NCBI GenBank assembly: GCA_943369275.1
Contig: CALRMS020000014.1
Location: 747-64,746 of the forward strand
Source of the DNA: Rhodobacter maris
GTDB taxonomy: Bacteria > Pseudomonadota > Alphaproteobacteria > Rhodobacterales > Rhodobacteraceae
Length of the DNA: 64,000 nucleotides
Direction of reading: 5' to 3'
The position numbers and the translations under genes are program-made. The notes below the pieces were generated by a model that had not been told where the DNA came from, searched no databases, and saw only the letters and a program-made list of their open reading frames with translations. Shown here piece by piece: positions 10,855 to 19,622 of the stretch; position 1 is the first letter of the stretch, and each line of letters opens with the position of its first letter.

Positions 10855-12021
10855 ATGGACGACGCACTTTCCTGGGGTTCCATCTTCCTGCGCATCGCGG
10901 CGCAACTGCTGCCCGTCTGGGTGGCGCTGATCGTCACCTTCGCGCTCTCGATGCGCTACAAGCGCCACCTCGGCCTCTATGGCCGCATCTTCGACAGCCC
11001 CGTCGGGATGACAGGCTTCGCCCTAGTGATGTTCTGGGTCTTCATGGCCATCTTCGCCGACTGGATCATCACCCACGATCCGCTGGGGCAGTTGTCGGGG
11101 ATGAAGAACATCATCCCCGGCGCGCCCGTGAAAGACGCCGTGGAAGGGGCCTATCCCTACTACCTTCTGGGCGGCGACCACCTCGCCCGCGACGTGTTCA
11201 GCCGCATGGTCATGGGCGCGCGCGAGGTGCTCAAGATCGCCCCCGCAGCCACGGTCATCGCCTTCATGGTGGGCATCACGCTGGGCCTGCCTGCGGGCTA
11301 TCTGGGCGGCAAGCTCGACACCACGATCAGCTTCATCTCCAACCTCGTCCTAGCCTTCCCAGTGATCCTGCTGTTCTACCTGCTGGTCACGCCCGAGATC
11401 CGCGTCACCGGCATCCCCACCGCGCTGGCAGCGATCCTGTTCATCTTCCCGGTGATCTTCCTCACCCTCCTTCTGAACGCGCGCTTCTTCACAGCGCCCT
11501 CGAAACGCAACTTCTATGTGGGCCTCGTGCTCGTCATCGGCCTCTGGGCCTATTCCGGCCTCGCCTTCAACGCCGATCCCACCGGCGTCTGGTCGATGGA
11601 CCCGAACATGCTCAACGTCTTCGTCTCGGTCGTCTTCGTGAACTCGCCCGGCGTGTTCCGCATCGTCCGCGGCATGGTAATGGACATCAAGACCCGCGAC
11701 TACGTCGCCGCTGGCCAGACCCGCGGCGAAGGCCCGTGGTACATCATGCTGTGGGAGATTCTGCCCAACGCCCGCGGCCCCCTGATCGTCGATTTCTGCC
11801 TGCGCATCGGCTACACCACCATCCTTCTGGGAACCCTCGGCTTCTTCGGCCTCGGCGTCACGCCCGAATCCCCCGACTGGGGCAGCACCATCAACTACGG
11901 CCGCCGCCTGCTGGCCATCGCCCCCCACCCGGCAGTCGTGCCCGCCTTCGCCCTCATGTCGCTCGTCCTCGGCCTCAACCTGCTTGCCGACGGCCTGCGC
12001 GAAGAAAGCATGAAGGACTGA
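10855..12021 (+). CDS. ABC transporter permease (DppC/OppC-like)
   Basis: In-frame ATG at 10855, just after the previous stop. The track start at 10642 overlaps the upstream permease and is Arg/Pro-rich. Polytopic membrane protein. Confidence 0.85.
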   Translation: MDDALSWGSIFLRIAAQLLPVWVALIVTFALSMRYKRHLGLYGRIFDSPVGMTGFALVMFWVFMAIFADWIITHDPLGQLSGMKNIIPGAPVKDAVEGAYPYYLLGGDHLARDVFSRMVMGAREVLKIAPAATVIAFMVGITLGLPAGYLGGKLDTTISFISNLVLAFPVILLFYLLVTPEIRVTGIPTALAAILFIFPVIFLTLLLNARFFTAPSKRNFYVGLVLVIGLWAYSGLAFNADPTGVWSMDPNMLNVFVSVVFVNSPGVFRIVRGMVMDIKTRDYVAAGQTRGEGPWYIMLWEILPNARGPLIVDFCLRIGYTTILLGTLGFFGLGVTPESPDWGSTINYGRRLLAIAPHPAVVPAFALMSLVLGLNLLADGLREESMKD

Positions 12022-12053
12022 ACATGATGCATCCTCTGCCGTTCATCTGTTCC

Positions 12054-12092
12054 CAAATATCCCACGGGGGTCCGGGGGTGTGAAACCCCCGG
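12054..12092. repeat. 39-nt dispersed repeat, copy 1 (contains a CCGGGGG-TGTGAAA-CCCCCGG hairpin)
   Basis: CAAATATCCCACGGGGGTCCGGGGGTGTGAAACCCCCGG is identical to 51686-51724. It lies in the 101-nt gap between the permease and ATPase genes. Confidence 0.85.
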
Positions 12093-12122
12093 TCCCGCAC
12101 CCTCCACCCGCGCGAGGCGACC

Positions 12123-14210
12123 ATGTCCGACACCACCTGGGACCCGTCCAAACCCATCCTGGAAATCGAGAACCTCTCGATATCCTTCTTCACGCGCCTG
12201 CGCGAAATTCCCGCCGTGATGGATTTCTCCTGCACCGTCATGGCCGGCGAGGCGATGGGTCTGGTGGGCGAATCCGGCTGCGGCAAATCCACCGTGGCGC
12301 TGGCCGTCATGCGCTACCTGGGCAAGAACGGCCGCATCACGGGTGGCTCCATCCGCTTCAAGGGCCGCGATCTGACCACCATGGAAGATGAGGAACTGCG
12401 CAAGATCCGCGGCTCGGAAATCGCCATGATCTATCAGGAACCTATGGCCTCGCTGAACCCGGCGATGAAGATCGGCGCGCAACTGGCCGAAGTGCCGATG
12501 ATCCATCAGGGCATGGCCAAGGACGATGCGTGGAAGCTCGCGCGCCAGATCGTGGCCGATGTCCGCCTCCCCGACCCTGACCGCATCATCAACGCCTATC
12601 CGCATCAGCTTTCCGGCGGCCAGCAGCAGCGCATCGTCATCGCGATGGCGCTGATGTCCAAGCCCGCGCTCCTTATCCTTGATGAACCCACCACCGCGCT
12701 GGACGTTACAGTCGAGGCCGGCATCGTCGATCTGGTCAAGGAGTTGGGCACGAAATACGGCACCTCCATGCTGTTCATCAGCCACAACCTCGGGCTCGTG
12801 CTCGATGTCTGCGACAGGCTCTGCGTGATGTATTCCGGCGAGGCGGTCGAAACCGGCAATGTCGAGGAAGTATTCGACAAGATGCGCCACCCCTATACGC
12901 AGGCGCTCTTTCGCTCCATCCCGCTGCCGGGGGCCGACAAGAACACCCGCCCCCTCGTGGCGATCCCAGGCAACTTTCCCCTGCCGCATGAACGCCCGAA
13001 CGGGTGCAACTTCGGCCCGCGCTGCGATTACTTCGCCGATGGCCGCTGCAACGCGCAGGATGTGCCTATGGCCACCGTCGCCGGCGACAACCGGCACGAA
13101 ACCCGCTGCCTCCGCTTTGCCGAGATCGACTGGAACGCCCCCCTCGCCGCCGTCAAGATGGTGGAAAAAACGCCGATCGGCCGCGTGGTCCTGAAACTCG
13201 ATGATCTGAAGAAATACTATTCCGTCTCCGGCTCCGCCTTTGGCGGCGGCGCGGGCAAGGTCGTCAAGGCCAATGAAACCCTCAGCTTCGAAGCGCATGA
13301 AGGCGAAACCCTCGCCATCGTGGGCGAATCCGGCTGTGGCAAATCCACTTTCGCCAAGGTGCTGATGGGTCTGGAAACCGCCACCTCGGGCAGCATCATG
13401 CTGTTTGATGAAAACGTTCAGAACACGCCGATCCAGATGCGCGACACCGGCACCATCTCGAAACTGCAGATGGTGTTCCAGAACCCGTTCGACACGCTGA
13501 ACCCGTCATCGACCGTGGGCCGCCAGATCATCCGCGCGCTCGAGATTTTCAAATTCGGCGATTCTGACGCCGAACGCCACGCCCGCATGCTGGAACTGCT
13601 TGATCTGGTCAAACTCCCCCGCGCCTTCGCCGACCGGATGCCGCGCCAGCTGTCCGGCGGGCAGAAGCAGCGTGTCGGCATCGCCCGCGCCTTCGCGGGC
13701 GGGGCCAAGGTGGTGGTGGCCGATGAACCCGTCTCCGCGCTCGACGTGTCGGTGCAGGCTGCCGTCACCGATCTGCTGATGGACATCCAGCGCAAGAACA
13801 AGACGACGCTTCTGTTCATCAGCCATGACCTGTCCATCGTGCGCTATCTGTCGGACCGGGTGATGGTCATGTATCTTGGCCATGTGGTGGAAATGGGCAG
13901 CACCGATCAGGTGTTTCAGCCCCCCTATCACCCCTATACCGAGGCGCTCCTGTCCGCCGTTCCCATCGCCGATACCCGCGTGCAGAAAAAGCGCATCGTG
14001 CTGGAAGGCGATATCCCCTCCGCCGTCAACCCGCCCCCGGGCTGCCCCTTCCAGACGCGCTGCCGCTGGAAATCGCAGGTGGCGGATGGATTGTGCGACC
14101 GTGAGGTGCCGCCGGTGCGTATGCTGGATGGCGGGCATCAGATCAAATGCCACCTGCCGGATGAGGTTTTCGCCACGATGGAACCGGTCATCAAGATCGC
14201 CGCCGAGTAA
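12123..14210 (+). CDS. fused double ABC ATPase (DppD/DppF-like)
   Basis: 695 aa with two Walker A sites (GESGCGKST twice) and two ABC signatures (LSGGQQQR, LSGGQKQR). Cys-rich oligopeptide-type C-terminal tails after each half. Confidence 0.9.
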   Translation: MSDTTWDPSKPILEIENLSISFFTRLREIPAVMDFSCTVMAGEAMGLVGESGCGKSTVALAVMRYLGKNGRITGGSIRFKGRDLTTMEDEELRKIRGSEIAMIYQEPMASLNPAMKIGAQLAEVPMIHQGMAKDDAWKLARQIVADVRLPDPDRIINAYPHQLSGGQQQRIVIAMALMSKPALLILDEPTTALDVTVEAGIVDLVKELGTKYGTSMLFISHNLGLVLDVCDRLCVMYSGEAVETGNVEEVFDKMRHPYTQALFRSIPLPGADKNTRPLVAIPGNFPLPHERPNGCNFGPRCDYFADGRCNAQDVPMATVAGDNRHETRCLRFAEIDWNAPLAAVKMVEKTPIGRVVLKLDDLKKYYSVSGSAFGGGAGKVVKANETLSFEAHEGETLAIVGESGCGKSTFAKVLMGLETATSGSIMLFDENVQNTPIQMRDTGTISKLQMVFQNPFDTLNPSSTVGRQIIRALEIFKFGDSDAERHARMLELLDLVKLPRAFADRMPRQLSGGQKQRVGIARAFAGGAKVVVADEPVSALDVSVQAAVTDLLMDIQRKNKTTLLFISHDLSIVRYLSDRVMVMYLGHVVEMGSTDQVFQPPYHPYTEALLSAVPIADTRVQKKRIVLEGDIPSAVNPPPGCPFQTRCRWKSQVADGLCDREVPPVRMLDGGHQIKCHLPDEVFATMEPVIKIAAE

Positions 14211-14396
14211 GCGGAAATTGACGCAATTTCCGCGTCGTTTTCTGACGCAGAAAACGGCCCCCTCCGGGGGCAACTGACACTTGCGTCAGGTTCCACCGCG
14301 ACGTCTGCACCGGAAATCGCCCGCAACCCAAGGCCCCCGTTCCGGGGCAACCGGAATTTGCGTCAAATTCCGCAGCGATTTCTGCGTCAGAAATCG
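14211..14396. repeat. intergenic array of AT-rich perfect hairpins (array A)
   Basis: GCGGAAATTG-ACG-CAATTTCCGC (14211-14233), CGTTTTCTG-ACG-CAGAAAACG (14236-14256), GCCCCC-TCC-GGGGGC (14257-14271), CGGAATTTG-CGT-CAAATTCCG (14352-14372), CGATTTCTG-CGT-CAGAAATCG (14376-14396). Confidence 0.85.
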
Positions 14397-14472
14397 CCCC
14401 TGATCCAAGGCAGCCCCGGAAAGAATTCTTCGCCGAATTTTGCAGTAATTTTCGAAAACTCTTGCGCGCCCG

Positions 14473-15105
14473 CTACCCGAGGATCGCTTTCACATAATTC
14501 TCGGTCTCGGCATAGGGCGGGATGCCATCATGCTCTTCCACCGCCATCGGCCCGGCATTATAGGCCGCCAGCGCCAGCCGCCAGCTCCCGAAACGCTCAT
14601 ACATCATCCGCAGATAGCGCGCCCCGCCTTCCAGATTCTCGACGGGATCATTGATATCCACGCTCAGGAACCGCGCCGTATCGGGCATCAGTTGCGCCAG
14701 TCCCGTCGCGCCTTTCGGGCTGACCGCGCCGACGTTCCAGCCGCTTTCTTGCTGCACCAGCCGCAGGAACAGGTCCTCCGGAATGTTGTGCTTACGCGCC
14801 GCCGCCTTCGCAACTTCAAGAAACTCGCCCTTGTAGCTGCCACGGAACGCCGGCAGCAGCGCGTCATCCTCGTCGCGCTCGGTCTTGGGGCGCAGCCGTT
14901 CCGATCCAGAATACTGCTTGGCCAGCCGCCCCTCCAGCAGGTCCTTCTGCTTCTCGAAGATCGCCATGCGCGACACGCCTGATCCCGACAATGTCAGCCC
15001 TTCCGCGCGCACGCCGTCCACCGGCAACATTACCCAGACCGCTATCAAGGAACCAAAGGCCAGGGTCCGCATAGATCCATCCCGCACTGTGAACCCGGCG
15101 GACAT
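14473..15105 (-). CDS. lytic transglycosylase domain protein (SLT family)
   Basis: [27 protein letters not shown] catalytic-Glu motif. Signal-like N-terminus; an alternative start at 15072 gives [14 protein letters not shown].... Confidence 0.8.
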   Translation of the reverse strand: MSAGFTVRDGSMRTLAFGSLIAVWVMLPVDGVRAEGLTLSGSGVSRMAIFEKQKDLLEGRLAKQYSGSERLRPKTERDEDDALLPAFRGSYKGEFLEVAKAAARKHNIPEDLFLRLVQQESGWNVGAVSPKGATGLAQLMPDTARFLSVDINDPVENLEGGARYLRMMYERFGSWRLALAAYNAGPMAVEEHDGIPPYAETENYVKAILG

Positions 15106-15147
15106 TACAAGATCACCGCCCCTCTTGGCCAGTGCCTTGATAACAGC

Positions 15148-15714
15148 TCAAACCCCAACCGCGCGGCCCGTTTCCGGCACCAGCGGCGCGTTCAGCAGAT
15201 CCTCGATCAGCACGCTCACCAATTGCCCGCGCCCCTGCACGCCGGCCTTGCGATAGATGGCGTTCAGATGGGTCTTCACCGTCCCCTCCGCCGAACCCCG
15301 CAAGGTGGCAATCTCGGCAATGGAATAGCCCTTGATGGTAAAGGCCGCGACATCCGCCTCTGATGGCGTCAGGCCCCATTGGCGAAAGTAATCCTCCATC
15401 AGCGCCCCCAGCGCCCCCGCCGCCACGCCCAGCGATTTCTCCATCACCGCCTGCCGCCGCATCAGGTTCATCAGCGCCCGCACTTCGAAGGCCAGCCCGA
15501 CAAACAGACCCAGCGTCGCCCCCAGTTCCGGCAGCATATGCGTCAGCGCCACCCCGCCTGCGGCGAAATCCTCGATGATATCCACCACGAAAAAGGCCGA
15601 ACACAGGATCTGGAACCCGATCAGCAGAATCAGGAGCCGCGCATCACGCGCCTTCGGGCGGGCCACGTCACGGGTCGAAACAACGTCATCGATCATCGGC
15701 TGGCTCACCTTCAC
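15148..15714 (-). CDS. membrane-anchored LuxR-family HTH regulator
   Basis: 188 aa. Two N-terminal hydrophobic helices, then a C-terminal LuxR/GerE HTH (GYSIAEIATLRGSAEGTVKTHLNAIYRKAGV). No receiver or autoinducer domain visible. GTG 15714 or ATG 15696 start. Confidence 0.75.
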   Translation of the reverse strand: MKVSQPMIDDVVSTRDVARPKARDARLLILLIGFQILCSAFFVVDIIEDFAAGGVALTHMLPELGATLGLFVGLAFEVRALMNLMRRQAVMEKSLGVAAGALGALMEDYFRQWGLTPSEADVAAFTIKGYSIAEIATLRGSAEGTVKTHLNAIYRKAGVQGRGQLVSVLIEDLLNAPLVPETGRAVGV

Positions 15715-15730
15715 GTCACCCGGGCATCCA

Positions 15731-16252
15731 TCAGGGAAGTGTCTTGTAACCCGTCACCATGGATTTCGGAAGGTTCACCCCAAGCCTGCGGCTTTCCACA
15801 ACCACCGCCAGCACATGCACCACGATGGATATCTCGGCCCAGATGACCAGAACTTCGTGCAATTCCTCAACCCAGCCCACGCCAAAGAACATCAGCGTCG
15901 TCATCGCATAGCCCGAAGCCGCCAGCCCGGCCATCGTCAACAGCAGGTTAAAGATCATCAGCGCGCCCAGCGGCGAATGGCCCTCATGCACCCGGCGTCG
16001 CCCGGTGGCCATGTCGCCCACCTGCCCCAGCACCGCATCCGGCCCCGGCAGGAAATCAGAGAACCGCGCATGCCGCGTGCCGATGAACCCCCAGACCACG
16101 CGCAGCGCGATCAGGCCGGCCACGACATAGCCCACCCATTGATGGGCCACCTTGCCCGGCGCGGTAAAGAAGGCATTGGCCGCAAAAGCCGCCACCAAGG
16201 CCCAGTGAAACACCCGCACCAGCGGATCCCAGACACGCACCTTCACCGACAT
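15731..16252 (-). CDS. cytochrome b561 / Ni-Fe hydrogenase b-type cytochrome family membrane protein
   Basis: 173 aa, four hydrophobic helices with conserved His (VFHWAL..., GHSPLGA..., VVHVL). 16 nt upstream of the LuxR gene. Confidence 0.72.
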   Translation of the reverse strand: MSVKVRVWDPLVRVFHWALVAAFAANAFFTAPGKVAHQWVGYVVAGLIALRVVWGFIGTRHARFSDFLPGPDAVLGQVGDMATGRRRVHEGHSPLGALMIFNLLLTMAGLAASGYAMTTLMFFGVGWVEELHEVLVIWAEISIVVHVLAVVVESRRLGVNLPKSMVTGYKTLP

Positions 16253-16366
16253 GATCCCTGCTCCTTTTCCATCCTTGCTGTCTGGGGCAGGCGCGGCCCG
16301 GGTTTGCCCCGGCCGCGCCTGCCCGTGTCACAATCAGCGCGGCCATGGGGCCGCGCCTGAAGGGGA

Positions 16367-16636
16367 TCAGCCCTCTTCGCCTTCTTCATGCTCGATCTGC
16401 TTCAGGCTCGCATCGAACCACAGCTCTTCCATTTTGCCGTCCTTGACGACATAGACCTCGATCAGCCCGTCCTCAGACTTGAACTGGCGCACCTCATAGC
16501 CTTCGGCCACCAGCTGCGCCGTCAGCTTCTCCTGCACGGCGGCATCCACCGCGCCTTCGGTTTCGGCCATGGTGATGGCGGGGGCGGCAAGCGTGCCAAG
16601 CACGAGGGCCACAACGGCAAGTTTACGGATCATCAT
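16367..16636 (-). CDS. small secreted PepSY-domain protein
   Basis: About 90 aa from ATG 16636. Signal peptide MMIRKLAVVALVLGTLAAPAITMA followed by a PepSY-like GYEVRQFKSEDGLIEVYVVKDG core. The track start at 16813 adds an implausible extension. Confidence 0.62.
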   Translation of the reverse strand: MMIRKLAVVALVLGTLAAPAITMAETEGAVDAAVQEKLTAQLVAEGYEVRQFKSEDGLIEVYVVKDGKMEELWFDASLKQIEHEEGEEG

Positions 16637-16825
16637 TTCTGCTCCAGGTTTGTACGCCGACGGACATCTCTGCCGCCGGATGCCCAATACCTGCCCCCAT
16701 TCCCCCCGATCCGGAATCCACCCCAGGTCAGGGATGGGCCGTGGCCCACCGCCCTCTGACCAAAGACACAGAGCGGATGTCCGCTCTCCACCCAAAGTTG
16801 GAGACAACGCCAACCCCGGCCCAAC

Positions 16826-16867
16826 CAGCCGATGCCCAGCCGATGCCCAGCCGATGCCCAGCCGATG
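16826..16867. repeat. 11-bp tandem repeat, about 3.8 copies (CAGCCGATGCC)
   Basis: Read directly. Perfect copies at 16826, 16837 and 16848, plus a partial fourth. Located in the PepSY/ssb divergent intergenic region. Confidence 0.9.
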
Positions 16868-16954
16868 ATTGCGGCCTCCTGTTCGGCGGGCTATAGCCTT
16901 TTGTTAACCAGCCGGAGGATAGCCTCCGCACAGGATCAGATTCGGAGGGAAAGC

Positions 16955-17500
16955 ATGGCCGGTTCCGTCAACAAGGTGATCATCGTCGGCAATCTCGGGC
17001 GCGACCCCGAGGTTCGCAGTTTCCAGAACGGCGGCAAGGTCGTGAACCTGCGCATCGCCACCTCGGAAAACTGGCGCGACAAACAGTCGGGCGAACGCAA
17101 GGAACGCACCGAATGGCATTCCGTGGCGATCTTCAACGAAAACCTTGCCAAGGTGGCCGAGCAATACCTGAAAAAGGGCTCGAAGGTTTACATCGAAGGC
17201 CAGCTTGAAACCCGCAAATGGCAGGATCAAAGCGGTCAGGACCGGTATACGACCGAGGTTGTGCTGCGCCAGTATCGGGGTGAACTGACCATCCTCGATG
17301 GCCGTGATGGCGGCGGTGGTGGCGGTGGCGGCGCTGCGGGCGGCGGCGATTACGGCGGCTATGATGATTATCAGGGCGGCGGAGCCTCTGGCGGCGGCGG
17401 CGGCTATCAAGGCGGCGGCAGCGGTGGCGCGCGCAGCGGCGGCGGCGGTGGCGCCCCCGCAGGCGGGCGCAGCGACATGGATGACGAGATTCCCTTCTGA
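16955..17500 (+). CDS. ssb: single-stranded DNA-binding protein
   Basis: [22 protein letters not shown]-fold N-terminus, Gly-rich linker and acidic DDEIPF tail. GGAGGG SD before ATG 16955. Confidence 0.93.
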   Translation: MAGSVNKVIIVGNLGRDPEVRSFQNGGKVVNLRIATSENWRDKQSGERKERTEWHSVAIFNENLAKVAEQYLKKGSKVYIEGQLETRKWQDQSGQDRYTTEVVLRQYRGELTILDGRDGGGGGGGGAAGGGDYGGYDDYQGGGASGGGGGYQGGGSGGARSGGGGGAPAGGRSDMDDEIPF

Positions 17501-17529
17501 TCCCATCCGCGCGAAGGTTGCAACGATCA

Positions 17530-17561
17530 GGGGCGCATCCCGCAAGGGCCGCGCCCTTTTT
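17530..17561 (+). terminator. rho-independent terminator after ssb
   Basis: GGGCGC..CCC-GCAA-GGG..GCGCCC stem with a GCAA tetraloop, followed by TTTTT. Confidence 0.7.
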
Positions 17562-17566
17562 GCTGT

Positions 17567-17631
17567 CCCGTCTTTTGGCCCCGTCTCTTGGACCCGTCTC
17601 TTGGCCCTGTCTCTTGGCCCCGTTTTCCTGC
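17567..17631. repeat. 13-bp tandem repeat, about 5 copies (CCCGTCTCTTGGC and variants)
   Basis: Read directly, immediately after the ssb terminator. End copies are degenerate. Confidence 0.85.
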
Positions 17632-17691
17632 ACTGGACCTCGGCCCCGACATTCCCTATATATTCACTCAACAACCCCTTTCGGAACCGCC

Positions 17692-18051
17692 ATGACCAAC
17701 GTGGACAAGATCGAAGGCGCACCGCTGATCGCGCCCTCCAGCACCGACCATCCGCTTTACGACCATGTGGTCGAGGCTTGCCGTACGGTGTTCGATCCGG
17801 AAATTCCGGTGAACATCTTCGATCTGGGCCTTGTCTACACCGTCGACATTTCGACCGAGAACGACGTCGACATCACCATGACCCTCACCGCGCCGGGTTG
17901 CCCCGTGGCAGGCGAAATGCCCGGCTGGGTGGCAGATGCGGTGGAACCCGTGGCCGGGGTCAAGTCGGTCAACGTGAAGATGACTTTCGATCCCCCTTGG
18001 GGAATGGACATGATGTCCGATGAGGCCCGGCTCGAACTGGGTTTCATGTAA
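17692..18051 (+). CDS. sufT: DUF59/SufT-type Fe-S cluster assembly protein
   Basis: 119 aa from ATG 17692. DPEIPVNIFDLGLVY and TLTAPGCP motifs typical of MIP18/SufT proteins. Confidence 0.78.
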   Translation: MTNVDKIEGAPLIAPSSTDHPLYDHVVEACRTVFDPEIPVNIFDLGLVYTVDISTENDVDITMTLTAPGCPVAGEMPGWVADAVEPVAGVKSVNVKMTFDPPWGMDMMSDEARLELGFM

Positions 18052-18112
18052 CGCGCTTGGAAAAGCGGGATCCCTGTCCTATCTTTGGTTGGCAGTCCCG
18101 CAGGAGCACCCG

Positions 18113-18472
18113 ATGTTCGGCATCCCCGGCAAACAGGCCGTGACCCTCACCCCCGCCGCTGTGCGGCAGATTTCCCGCCTGATGGCAAAGCAGGGCAGCA
18201 CCGGCCTGCGCATCGGCGTGAAAAAGGGTGGCTGCGCGGGCATGGAATACACCATGGATTATGTCACCGACATCAATCCGATGGATGAGCTGATCGAACA
18301 GGATGGCGCACGGGTGATGATCGCGCCCATGGCGCAGATGTTCCTCTTCGGCACCGAGATCGACTATGAAACCTCGCTGCTGGAATCGGGCTTCCGCTTC
18401 AACAACCCCAACGTGGCCGAAGCCTGCGGTTGCGGCGAGTCGATCAAATTCAAGGATCAACCCGCCGCCTGA
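18113..18472 (+). CDS. A-type iron-sulfur cluster carrier (IscA/SufA/ErpA, HesB family)
   Basis: 119 aa from ATG 18113. GGCAGMEY and C-terminal CGCGESI cysteine motifs. Confidence 0.85.
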   Translation: MFGIPGKQAVTLTPAAVRQISRLMAKQGSTGLRIGVKKGGCAGMEYTMDYVTDINPMDELIEQDGARVMIAPMAQMFLFGTEIDYETSLLESGFRFNNPNVAEACGCGESIKFKDQPAA

Positions 18473-18802
18473 GGCGACGCCGTCACGACCACCCGCCCCG
18501 GGTTCCGACTCGGGGCCTCGCGTCGAACCAGCCCCCACAGCATAAACCCGGGGGCCCGGATCAAACCCGGGACCGGGTTTCCAATAGGCTGACCACATCC
18601 CCCAAACCAACCCCCTCCCGGGCCAGCCCCGGGACCTCGCTCCTTGCATCAGCGCACCAAGCGCCGTGGTTTCCGCCTGTCTCTGCCCGAACTTGTATGC
18701 ACAGCCGTCTGCACCGCCATCTGCACAAAGCGCTGCACACCCCTTTTCCTTCATCCCCTTTCCCCGTAACGCTTATGCGGTGCAAAACCCCGGGAGGACA
18801 GC

Positions 18803-19546
18803 ATGAGAAAACTCGCCGCAGGAAACTGGAAGATGAACGGCACCGCCGCCAGCCTGACCGAGGTTTCCGCCCTCGCCCAGGCCCATCCTGCCCCGGCCTG
18901 CGACGTCCTTCTCTGCCCCCCCGCAACCCTCATCGCCCGCATGGCGGATGTGGCCAAGGGCACCTCCGTCATGGTCGGCGGGCAGGATTGCCACGCGAAA
19001 TCCACCGGCGCGCACACGGGTGACGTCTCGTCAGAAATGCTATTGGATTCCGGTGCTTCACACGTGATCCTCGGCCATTCCGAACGCCGTACGGATCATG
19101 CGGAAACCGATGCGCAGGTGCTGGCAAAGGCACAGGCCGCCATCAAGGCCGGCCTCATCGCCATCGTCTGCATCGGCGAAACCGAGGCGGAACGGGATGC
19201 AGGCCGCACGCTTGATGTCGTGGGAACCCAGCTTCACGGCTCCGTCCCCTCTGACGCAACCGCCGCCACCCTCGTGATCGCCTATGAACCGGTTTGGGCC
19301 ATCGGCACCGGCCGAACCCCCACCATCGCCGAAATCGCCGAAGTCCACGCCTTCCTCCGCACCCGCCTGACCGCCCGCATCGGAGCAGAGGCGGCGGGGG
19401 TCCGTCTGCTCTATGGCGGCTCTGTAAAGCCTTCAAATGCCACGGAAATCTTTGCCATCCCCCATGTCGACGGGGCGCTTGTCGGCGGCGCCAGCCTCAA
19501 GGCGGCCGACTTTGGCGCCATCGTCGCGGCCCTCTCCGCCGCCTGA
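18803..19546 (+). CDS. tpiA: triosephosphate isomerase
   Basis: 247 aa with [10 protein letters not shown]-terminus. GGGAGGA SD. Confidence 0.92.
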   Translation: MRKLAAGNWKMNGTAASLTEVSALAQAHPAPACDVLLCPPATLIARMADVAKGTSVMVGGQDCHAKSTGAHTGDVSSEMLLDSGASHVILGHSERRTDHAETDAQVLAKAQAAIKAGLIAIVCIGETEAERDAGRTLDVVGTQLHGSVPSDATAATLVIAYEPVWAIGTGRTPTIAEIAEVHAFLRTRLTARIGAEAAGVRLLYGGSVKPSNATEIFAIPHVDGALVGGASLKAADFGAIVAALSAA

Positions 19547-19622
19547 TCGCGCCCTTTGACGTCGCCCCCGGAACAGCCTTCGGCCCGGCACCGGGGGATG
19601 GTTTGGGCGTGATGCAGGACAT

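Noticed and set aside
11895-14273. Minus-strand ORFs of 467 and 255 aa opposite the fused ABC ATPase
   Set aside because: Antisense to a gene with two complete Walker A / signature / Walker B sets.
14211-14396. Whether the hairpin clusters (also 39743-39850 and 53271-53371) are CRISPR arrays
   Set aside because: There is no constant direct repeat separated by unique spacers of regular length. The units are different palindromes only 1-12 nt apart, and no cas genes are present.
16870-16954. An SOS (LexA) box or CtrA box upstream of ssb
   Set aside because: I looked for GTTC-N7-GTTC, GAAC-N7-GAAC and TTAA-N7-TTAAC patterns. Only isolated half-sites are present (GTTC at about 16881, TTAACC at about 16905), which is not enough to call a site.
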